A stretch of 64,000 nucleotides of DNA from a virus, in the IMG/VR virus record IMGVR_UViG_3300042565_001021, positions 1 to 64,000 of that record; one strand, 5' to 3'. The notes under the pieces were generated by a model, which worked only from the letters and a program-made list of their open reading frames with translations, was not told the DNA's origin and did not search any database. Shown here piece by piece: positions 56,778 through 64,000 of the stretch. Within the stretch, counting starts at the first letter, position 1; each line of letters begins with the position of its first letter. Made by a program: the position numbers and the translations under genes.

Positions 56778-59389
56778 TAGAGTATAACTGCGTTAATAAC
56801 CTTCGTGCCTACAGCCAGGTTTTCTTCTAACGACTTAGCAAAAATGGCCACCCCGTAAGATGCTTCCCTACCTACGCTTTCGGCGTGCCCCGACATCGAG
56901 CTAGTCACTAATAAGTCTCCTTTCTTAACAGGGCCATATACTTTAACAGGCACCTTTCCGCGCAAAGCTACAGCCACTGAATTGGGTGCGTCTTTGTTCA
57001 TCAAGTAAGCAGGATCAGTTGAAACAGCCCCGGCGACTGAGATATCGGCTTTGTAACTAGTAACTGTTACCTCTTTAGAACCGCCAAATATTAGAACTGT
57101 GCCTGGTTCATACTGTTGGTCCGATTCGTATTTTTCTGCTAAGTCAGCGTACTGCGCACTAGTAGCGATAACTGTTAGCACCCCGGTGCTAGGCACAAAC
57201 GACATCTTAGAACTTGACACCTTCTGCCCCTGGTTACCGGACGCAGTTGATACCCAGGTTGGGTACACCGGTGTCGCTGTTGCTACATCATCAGTGATTG
57301 CTGTGTTTGTTGCGTTCGTTGCAGTAGTTGCGCTTGTTGCACTACCGGCAGTAGTTGCAGTATTAGCATTTCCGTACAGTGCGCCAGTGAAGATAAGAGA
57401 AGTTAAGTTTCCGGTGCTCGGGTTATAAGTAAACCCAGAATCTGTCCTAGGCTCTGTGTTTCCGGTTGTAACGTTGCCGAAGAATGGATAGTTAGTTGCA
57501 TTTGTAGAGTTGTCGGCAATTGCTGTAACTTTAATCGCTACGTTAGCTAAGTCAACGAATCCACCCGCTGATGTAGTTTGGAATGTTCCGTCTGGGAATT
57601 TAAGTCCTTTACCAGTGGTTGATATTTGAACGTTACCAGTTGACACTGTAAGGGCAGCAGAAGTAAATGTTCCTGAGTTGTTTATTGTTGTTGAATAAAC
57701 TGTACCGAATCGACCCGAGCTGGTACCAATATCGCCAGCAGCACTAGAAAGGAGTGTTCCACCGACCGTAACGTTGCCCGACACTAACGCCGAGGTTAAT
57801 GTGCCAAGTGAAGTAATTGCTGGTTGCGCCGCAGTTAACACGTTACCAGTTATGTTTCCTGTTACATGCCCAACGAATCTGGTAGCTGTAATATTCCCCG
57901 ACAACGGATTGTAAGTAAATCCTGTGTCGGTCCTTGGAGAAGCGTTTCCTGTTGCTATGTTTGAGAACAAAGGATAGTTTGTAGCATCTGTGCTGTCGTC
58001 AGCAGTTAACGCAACTGTTCCCGAAGCCCCTGTAATGTTTCCAGTGATAGGTGCTGTAACTGTTAGTCCCGATAAGGTTCCGACTGATGTAATACTCGTC
58101 TGTGCGGCTCCTGTTACCGTTGCTGCTGATCCCGATATATTACCTGTGATAGTTGCGGTAACAGTTAATCCAGATAATGTTCCGACCGATGTAATATTTG
58201 GTTGCGCATTAGTTGTTAATGTTCCACCTAAGCTAGCTGCCGAGAAGCTTCCTGCTGTTAAGGTTCCAGTAACATCGCAGTTTCCAGTGGTAGCAATGTT
58301 TGCTGCATGTATGTTGCCACCTACACCTAGTCCACTGACACCAGAAAGTATTACTGTTCCTGTTGATGTGCTGGTACTAGCTGTATTAGCGTTAAATGTC
58401 GTGGCGTTTGGAACTGCGCCGCCAGTAAAGTTAGCATCAACAGTTGAAACTTGAACACCATTTATCCGCAGCGTTGTTCCTGCTGGACCAGTAATATTAA
58501 TGTTACCAGTAGAAACATCCACGTTGCCACCAGTAACTTGTAGGTTAGCAAGAGTGCCAAGGCTTGTGATGTTAGCTTGTCGAGCAGTAACTAAGTTACC
58601 TGTCATGCTTACTATGTTAGATGTTGTTCCTGTAATCGCATTAAACGCACTAGTCCCAGTAGACGACACGTTAGCTTCTACTGTGTCAAATAATGCAGTA
58701 CCTAAGGTACCTGAGAACTGCTCAACGTTGCCTCCGTCTTCTGGCACCTGAGTTGCTCTTGGAATGAAGACTAGCTTCTGACTTGAATTGTCAAATCCGA
58801 AGAATCCTTTTCGCTCTTGCGAGTCGTACCAGTAAAACTCAATACCTCTATCGTTTCCGTCGTTACTTGAGAGCGATGCCCCCGGTGTGCTGCTTAGTTC
58901 AATCGTAGGATGCTGGATTATTAATTCAGATCGTGTAACAGAGGTGACGTTTCCGTTGACTAGTAGGTTACCGGAGATCTCTACGTCTTTACTTACTGTT
59001 AGGTTACCTGTTATTCCTGTTGAATTACCACCAAAGATAGCGTCGCCATAAGTTAGTGTCGTACCAGTTACAGTCAGGTTGCCTATTAATGCAGTAGTAC
59101 TAGTAACGTTTCCAGTTAGTTTGCCAAGGATGTTTCCGTTGACTTGTAAGTTTCCTGTTACCGTTGTTGTAGTGGCAGTAAGCGAAGTAATGTTTGCTAC
59201 GTTAGCATCAAGAGTCTCGGTGTTAAGAAGTTCAACGTTAGCTTCTGTAAACTCGGGAGTCTGTGATAAAAACTCGTGGATTGCGGTTACGTTGTTGTTC
59301 GTTATTACAAATGCCGCTCGTAAGCTGTCGCCTGTTCCGTCGTTTGGTGATAGACCTGTATTAACTAGTGAAGTAGAGAGTATTGTCAT
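56777..59389 (-). CDS. tail fibre-like protein with C-terminal chaperone domain
   Basis: gp9/gp10-like NDGTGDSLRAAF start, internal repeats, YADLAEKY...VALRGKVPVKV tail; TATAAATA at 59398. Confidence 0.75.
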   Translation of the reverse strand: MTILSTSLVNTGLSPNDGTGDSLRAAFVITNNNVTAIHEFLSQTPEFTEANVELLNTETLDANVANITSLTATTTTVTGNLQVNGNILGKLTGNVTSTTALIGNLTVTGTTLTYGDAIFGGNSTGITGNLTVSKDVEISGNLLVNGNVTSVTRSELIIQHPTIELSSTPGASLSSNDGNDRGIEFYWYDSQERKGFFGFDNSSQKLVFIPRATQVPEDGGNVEQFSGTLGTALFDTVEANVSSTGTSAFNAITGTTSNIVSMTGNLVTARQANITSLGTLANLQVTGGNVDVSTGNINITGPAGTTLRINGVQVSTVDANFTGGAVPNATTFNANTASTSTSTGTVILSGVSGLGVGGNIHAANIATTGNCDVTGTLTAGSFSAASLGGTLTTNAQPNITSVGTLSGLTVTATITGNISGSAATVTGAAQTSITSVGTLSGLTVTAPITGNITGASGTVALTADDSTDATNYPLFSNIATGNASPRTDTGFTYNPLSGNITATRFVGHVTGNITGNVLTAAQPAITSLGTLTSALVSGNVTVGGTLLSSAAGDIGTSSGRFGTVYSTTINNSGTFTSAALTVSTGNVQISTTGKGLKFPDGTFQTTSAGGFVDLANVAIKVTAIADNSTNATNYPFFGNVTTGNTEPRTDSGFTYNPSTGNLTSLIFTGALYGNANTATTAGSATSATTATNATNTAITDDVATATPVYPTWVSTASGNQGQKVSSSKMSFVPSTGVLTVIATSAQYADLAEKYESDQQYEPGTVLIFGGSKEVTVTSYKADISVAGAVSTDPAYLMNKDAPNSVAVALRGKVPVKVYGPVKKGDLLVTSSMSGHAESVGREASYGVAIFAKSLEENLAVGTKVINAVIL

Positions 59390-59420
59390 AGTACTACTAT
59401 TTATACAAGATTGAATTATA

Positions 59421-59448
59421 AAAATAGCTGCGGTTAAGCAGCTATTTT
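59421..59448. terminator. bidirectional intrinsic terminator
   Basis: AAAATAGCTGC-N6-GCAGCTATTTT. Confidence 0.75.
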
Positions 59449-59461
59449 ACGTTAAAGCTAT

Positions 59462-60652
59462 TTACGGCCAGGTCGAAACTACGCTCAATGCAGTACGAGA
59501 CCAAATGTCTGATATTCCGTCGGTCCAGGTTGCAGTACAGTAATAAAGATAGGATGCATCTATTGCAACATCTCCGATTGTGTTGCCAGTTTGTCCTTTT
59601 GACGTAGTAGGTGCAGTTGCTACAAATCCGTCCCCTATCAGCCCAGAGTAACCAGAGACACCAGAGTAACCTGAGGTGCTCGAATAACCTGAATAGCCGC
59701 TTGTTCCTTCTATACCACTAATTCCTGAGTACCCACTTGTTCCATCAATTCCTGAATAGCCGCTTGTTCCGTCTATACCACTAATTCCTGAATAGCCGCT
59801 TGTTCCTGAATAACCAGAGATACCTGACGTACCGCTAGAGCCCGAGTACCCAGAAGTTCCGCTGACCCCCGAATACCCACTCTTTCCGCTTGTTCCTGAC
59901 GCGCCACCTAACCCTGAGTATCCAGAGATTCCGCTTGTTCCAGAGATACCCGAGTAACCGCTTCTGCCTGAGGTACCGCTCTCACCTGAGTAACCAGACG
60001 TACCACTTACTCCTGATTTCCCACTTGCGCCGCTAGACCCCGAATATCCAGAAGTTCCGCTTGTTCCAGAGATGCCTGAGTAACCGCTTCTGCCTGAGGT
60101 ACCGCTCTCACCGCTATAACCCGACCATCCGCTCTTTCCTGAGGTACCACTAATTCCTGAGTAACCTGAGGTACTTTGTCCCGAGATTCCCGAGTAACCA
60201 GAAGAACCACTTAGTCCAGATATGCCGCTGTACCCTGAGGTACCAGAATACCCGCTCTTACCAGACCATCCGCTAGTACCAGAAAGTCCTATCCCGCTAT
60301 GTCCTGAATAACCCGATACTCCTGAGTAGCCGCTTGCGCCGTCTATGCCCGAGTATCCGCTTGTACCGTCTATACCTGAATAACCACTAAGCCCGCCTGG
60401 TTGCCCGCTAACTCCTGAGTATCCACTCGGGCCTGCTACGTTGCTTGAGAACCCAGAATAGCCACTTAGACCACCAGCTTGTCCGCTAACTCCCGAAAAT
60501 CCGCTAGGGCCGACTGCGCCACTATATCCGCTAGTCCCGCCGGCGGTGTATAGTTCAGTGAAGTTTTGGTTGATTTTGTCGAACGACGCCCGTAATGGAT
60601 CGCCGCTGCCATCTGAAGGCACTGTGCCGATATTGATTGTTTGCTTTGCCAT
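59462..60652 (-). CDS. collagen-like fibre protein with Gly-X-Ser repeats
   Basis: gp9/gp10-like DGSGDPLRASF..IN.NF.ELY start, about 300 aa of GxS triplets, GD.A.D..YLYYC cap. Confidence 0.8.
   Translation of the reverse strand: MAKQTINIGTVPSDGSGDPLRASFDKINQNFTELYTAGGTSGYSGAVGPSGFSGVSGQAGGLSGYSGFSSNVAGPSGYSGVSGQPGGLSGYSGIDGTSGYSGIDGASGYSGVSGYSGHSGIGLSGTSGWSGKSGYSGTSGYSGISGLSGSSGYSGISGQSTSGYSGISGTSGKSGWSGYSGESGTSGRSGYSGISGTSGTSGYSGSSGASGKSGVSGTSGYSGESGTSGRSGYSGISGTSGISGYSGLGGASGTSGKSGYSGVSGTSGYSGSSGTSGISGYSGTSGYSGISGIDGTSGYSGIDGTSGYSGISGIEGTSGYSGYSSTSGYSGVSGYSGLIGDGFVATAPTTSKGQTGNTIGDVAIDASYLYYCTATWTDGISDIWSRTALSVVSTWP
59640..60540 (-). repeat. degenerate 9-bp-period coding repeat
   Basis: SGYSG/SGTSG/SGISG units, including a near-identical duplication offset by 126 bp (about 59930-59990 vs 60056-60116). 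Confidence 0.8.
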
Positions 60653-60694
60653 TCCTTAGATCCTGTTATCATGTATTTATCGGATCTAAGGAAT
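60651..60694 (-). promoter_or_regulatory. RBS-sequestering hairpin with a late promoter in its loop
   Basis: 13-bp perfect ATTCCTTAGATCC/GGATCTAAGGAAT stem; GATAAATA in the loop. Confidence 0.85.
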
Positions 60695-60707
60695 TTATAA
60701 CTTGCTA

Positions 60708-60926
60708 CTAATTACGGTATACGATTCTACCTTTAGTCAAGTCATAAGCTGACATCTCTACAGTGACGCGATCACCAAGCAAGATGTTGATAGTGTTAGT
60801 GCGCAGCTTACCGCCTAAGTAAGCGATAATCTTGGTGTTCAAATCGTCTAGCTGAACACGGAATGTTGCGTTTGGCAACAATTCAGTGACTTCGCCCTCG
60901 AAACGGAGGGCCTCTTCCTTTGCTAT
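60708..60926 (-). CDS. infA: translation initiation factor IF-1, AUA start (not in the ORF track)
   Basis: 72 aa, [24 protein letters not shown]...GKLR...[22 protein letters not shown]; AAGGAG 7 nt before ATA. Confidence 0.92.
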   Translation of the reverse strand: MAKEEALRFEGEVTELLPNATFRVQLDDLNTKIIAYLGGKLRTNTINILLGDRVTVEMSAYDLTKGRIVYRN

Positions 60927-60959
60927 GATGTTTCTCCTTTTATTATAGTAGCAGTTTAT

Positions 60960-61270
60960 TTAGTGCTGGTTTGCGAGTATTGAAAAGACATGGTACTTTT
61001 CGTGTAGCTCGTCGTATTTCGTCTTCAGTTTAGATAATTCTTTAACTACGCTTGCATGAAATTCTGCGTCGGTCTTTCGAGGTCGTGGATTATTACGTCA
61101 TTTGCATCAAACCACTCGTCTGGGTCGTTGCGGTATTCAGACGGTATAAAGTGAACAAGCATTTCTGCGTAGTACGCTAGTCTTCTAACCCAAGGATCTT
61201 TGTGCTCTTCGCCCCAAGCAGAAAGCTCTTGAATTGATACGTGGTCAGGATGAGTAGGAAATGATTTCAT
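60960..61270 (-). CDS. hypothetical protein, probably frameshifted near 61075
   Basis: ORF 61046..61270 continues plausibly in the -1 frame to a TAA at 60960. Confidence 0.5.
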
Positions 61271-61272
61271 TA

Positions 61273-61644
61273 TTACCGCCTCATTTTAGAAATAGCAACT
61301 GCTTCCTCGGATGAGAACACCGGAACCGCATTGCTCTTGTGCATCTGTCCTATCCCCAGAATTTTATCGCCTGTATAGACAGGACTGTCCTTAGCAGCAG
61401 CAACACCGACCCCGTCGCCCTTGCTTGGGATCTTTGGCGCGTCTGCTCCGCGGTAAGTAGGTTTGAACGAAAGTGGCTTCAATTTGTTTTCCTTCTTAGC
61501 TTTGGGTTTAACGTCGTACTTTGATAACAGATTTTCCCACCCTTCTTTCAGCTGGGCAGAAGTCCGCGCAGCATCAGCATTACGGAACTTCTTCTTACCT
61601 TTCTTTTTGCCGGTTGTGGTTAACCACGGGCCTTCCATGTGCAC
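61273..61644 (-). CDS. basic hypothetical phage protein
   Basis: YTG....GIG.MHKSNAVPVF and ISKMRR motifs. Confidence 0.7.
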   Translation of the reverse strand: MHMEGPWLTTTGKKKGKKKFRNADAARTSAQLKEGWENLLSKYDVKPKAKKENKLKPLSFKPTYRGADAPKIPSKGDGVGVAAAKDSPVYTGDKILGIGQMHKSNAVPVFSSEEAVAISKMRR

Positions 61645-61646
61645 GG

Positions 61647-62060
61647 TTACTTTGCTTTCTTAGCCAGTTCAGCTTCCATCTCGGCAACACCGTTCTGTAA
61701 TACTGCTGCCATGTTTAAAGTTTGCTGTTTAGTAAGCAAAGTGTAAGATTCAACCTCGACGTACCCTTTAGTGATAGCAATCCAACAAATTTTAGCAGTA
61801 GTGACCCAACGGTTAGCAGTTTCTTTCAACCACATAACAAACCAGGACTCGTCGTAAGTAATCGGAAAAGTTTCGCGCCACCAGGCAGTTTTTACCTTAG
61901 CCGAGATGTGACAGGTAATTATAGAATCGTCAGGCTCGTCAATCTCGATCATAATATCAACTTCAGCATCGCACCCACACTCACACGGGACGCGCCACCA
62001 ACGCCAGTTCTTGTATTCCTTAAGTGCCATAATGCCTTCTGCCGGTTTTTGTGCTTCCAT
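61647..62060 (-). CDS. hypothetical protein
   Basis: 137 aa, CECGC motif, TAATG coupling. Confidence 0.6.
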   Translation of the reverse strand: MEAQKPAEGIMALKEYKNWRWWRVPCECGCDAEVDIMIEIDEPDDSIITCHISAKVKTAWWRETFPITYDESWFVMWLKETANRWVTTAKICWIAITKGYVEVESYTLLTKQQTLNMAAVLQNGVAEMEAELAKKAK

Positions 62061-62404
62061 TAAACGGTTTCCTCTTTATCAAAAAGTGTAATTGTGCCGC
62101 CGCCTACTTGTACGACGTGGACAGTCTTTCCTTTAAATCTTTCTATTAGATCAGCCACTAACTCACGTTGACTAGTGTGCTGCGTTACAAACTTACCGGT
62201 GCGATGATTAAACACTAACTGGACCTCTTGTTCTTTATGCTTTACAGTTTCGATTCGTATAATTACATTTTCGTCGAGGACACGCTGAATGATCTCGAGC
62301 TGACGATACTTGGCATACAGCATCAAAAACTTGTACAAGCCAAGTATCGGAAGATAACAGAGCGCGCCAATAAGTAGCGCAGTAAGAATAAAGTTTAAGT
62401 CCAT
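62060..62404 (-). CDS. hypothetical protein with N-terminal TM
   Basis: start moved to MDLNFIL at 62404 (GAGGA RBS). Confidence 0.6.
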   Translation of the reverse strand: MDLNFILTALLIGALCYLPILGLYKFLMLYAKYRQLEIIQRVLDENVIIRIETVKHKEQEVQLVFNHRTGKFVTQHTSQRELVADLIERFKGKTVHVVQVGGGTITLFDKEETV

Positions 62405-63252
62405 AGTGAATTCCTCATTTTGACAAGACGGATTAGCATTTCGGTGTCTTCCTTCTCCCATTGTTCTTCCAGAGAGTCTCGTAATTCCGACAGTCGATTG
62501 TATTCTCGCTGTTCTGCCGGAGTCATTTTGCTCTTGCCAGATATTCCGAGCCACCCGGCAAAATCATGGTCTTCATCTTTATACTTAGCACTCATCTTCT
62601 CCCAGAACTGATCAAACCCGCTTGCTGACCACGGATCGCCACGCCGAGGACGAATAGTTTTCCACCATACATACAGCTCCATCTTTTCCTTAGCGGACTG
62701 CGCCTGATGTGGAGAAGCGTGCCAGTTGGGATCGTTTGGGTCTGGAATGTCAAGCGTCATTTCCCACCGTAAGTGATCAACTCCTGCCTGAGGGCAGCGC
62801 CAAGTTAATCCCCAGCGAAACCATCTGGACCTAGCATACCAAGGCACCAGATACTTAGACATATCTGCATTATCTCTCCACATAATGTGGCTGTGTGCTT
62901 CTTCGATCTCGATGAAATCAACGAAGGAATCGAAGCAGCTAAACAGCATACGCTCAGAATACTCGTGCCACTTACCTACGCTGAGAGTGGAATTCAGACG
63001 GTGAGTACCACCACGCCAGTTGCTAACAAAGTAACGGACTTCGTCGAGGTGATCGATTGTGTTCTCAGGAATCTTCTCGAGCCAGTCCGGGATAGTTTCA
63101 GTGAAGAGCCAACCGATAGGGTGAGCAGCCTTGGTTTCCTTCTTCCACTTGCTCCAGCCGTTTAACGGCAAGGCAATAGGTCGTTCAAACTTGAACACCT
63201 TTTCGCGAATCCAGTCAACTATCCTTGACCCCGAGTAATGCCTGTTAGCCAC
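62395..63252 (-). CDS. Trp-rich hypothetical protein
   Basis: 285 aa, ends ML.RL...R.SLWT; GTG start with AAGGA RBS. Confidence 0.7.
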   Translation of the reverse strand: MANRHYSGSRIVDWIREKVFKFERPIALPLNGWSKWKKETKAAHPIGWLFTETIPDWLEKIPENTIDHLDEVRYFVSNWRGGTHRLNSTLSVGKWHEYSERMLFSCFDSFVDFIEIEEAHSHIMWRDNADMSKYLVPWYARSRWFRWGLTWRCPQAGVDHLRWEMTLDIPDPNDPNWHASPHQAQSAKEKMELYVWWKTIRPRRGDPWSASGFDQFWEKMSAKYKDEDHDFAGWLGISGKSKMTPAEQREYNRLSELRDSLEEQWEKEDTEMLIRLVKMRNSLWT

Positions 63253-63268
63253 TATGTTCCTTTAAAGG

Positions 63269-63310
63269 TATTTATTGTTTATAATACGCTCAAACTTGGT
63301 TTTTTGTCAA
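63269..63310 (-). promoter_or_regulatory. sigma70-like promoter followed by a late promoter
   Basis: TTGACA-N18-TATTAT, then ATAAATA. Confidence 0.6.
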
Positions 63311-63321
63311 CCGTTTTGGAT

Positions 63322-63702
63322 TCAGTTTAATAGCGTTGATCGGTGCTTGCGGATACGCTCGAAAACATCAACTAAGAGGTCATTTGGCGATACGTCGATT
63401 CCGTAGTTTTCGTTTATTGTGCGCACCATTACAACTTTGCCAAGGGCGTAATGCTGTTCTAGCGTTAGCTTTTCGATCTCTTCGGAATCCGGCATGCCGC
63501 ATCCTGAAAAGTCGGCTAGGCTTGACTCGTCACTGATGAAGCACTCGTCGTAGTTAATCTTAAAAATCTTCTGTAGGAACTCACGAGCGATCTCCTCGTA
63601 GTCTTCTACGTCGTCTGACGATGCGTACACGATCTTGCCTTCCGCAGCAGCCTTGCGGATCTTTGCTTCTGCGTCTTCTGGGGTGAGCTTTTTCTTTGCC
63701 AT
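63322..63702 (-). CDS. hypothetical protein
   Basis: start MAKKKL with GGAGAGGA RBS; ISDESSLADF motif. Confidence 0.6.
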   Translation of the reverse strand: MAKKKLTPEDAEAKIRKAAAEGKIVYASSDDVEDYEEIAREFLQKIFKINYDECFISDESSLADFSGCGMPDSEEIEKLTLEQHYALGKVVMVRTINENYGIDVSPNDLLVDVFERIRKHRSTLLN

Positions 63703-63703
63703 A

Positions 63704-63973
63704 TTAGTATCCTCTCCTCCGTTTAACAAATTCTTCCACGTTTTTCTGGTTTATTTGAAGCAGAGCAAAGTCATAGCCACCGCCAAATAACGTTGCTGTT
63801 TCCTTTAGGTCTCGCATCGCCCATTCCATTGCAGTGCTAGGAAACAGTCCCATGCCAACATTGGGATTAGAATCGTCGGCGTATAGATAGCCTAACGCTT
63901 TATCAGCAACCCATTGTTCCATGTCATTCAATGTTGGCATTTGTGTATCGTTCCAGTATGTCTGCCATATCAA
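63704..63973 (-). CDS. hypothetical protein
   Basis: 89-aa ORF near the window edge; start uncertain. Confidence 0.45.
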   Translation of the reverse strand: MIWQTYWNDTQMPTLNDMEQWVADKALGYLYADDSNPNVGMGLFPSTAMEWAMRDLKETATLFGGGYDFALLQINQKNVEEFVKRRRGY

Positions 63974-64000
63974 CTTGCTTCATCGTAACATCGTCGCTGT

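Noticed and set aside
59640-60540. Repeat region as a CRISPR or other non-coding array
   Set aside because: The repeats are degenerate at third codon positions, have no spacers and encode Gly-X-Ser triplets.
1-64000. Genome-wide TAG or TGA recoding suggested by the CUA tRNA
   Set aside because: Long genes are intact in code 11, coding density is high, and TAG ends several genes (dsbA, tctA, phoH, infA) with no evident conserved extension.

Overview
A 64-kb fragment of a large T4-superfamily-like lytic dsDNA phage. The host is probably Gram-negative because both spanins are present. Most genes are on the minus strand and are driven by sigma70-like promoters and T4-type late promoters (ATAAATA). 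In order: (1) a 7-deazaguanine cluster (FolE, QueD-like, TGT/DpdA-like) with an embedded glycosyltransferase and an Acb1-like 2H phosphodiesterase; (2) replication genes (sliding clamp, family B polymerase, DsbA); (3) virion and fibre genes plus a block of putative internal-head proteins with repeated Glu cleavage-like motifs; (4) a degenerate CUA-anticodon tRNA-like gene with its own promoter; (5) ClpA, DnaJ and the lysis cassette; (6) a TctA/TctC, sulfotransferase-like and methyltransferase block, then PhoH; (7) clamp loader, GroES, a DnaE fragment and MazG; (8) baseplate/fibre genes and an IF-1 gene that starts with AUA and is missing from the ORF track. Five free-standing homing endonuclease genes are present. 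The best novelty candidates are a covarying three-helix leader shared by three endonuclease genes of two families, a compact pseudoknotted RNA at 11839-11926, the glycosyltransferase-linked deazaguanine cluster, and the modular internal-head polyproteins. All calls come from reading motifs by eye; no searches were run.
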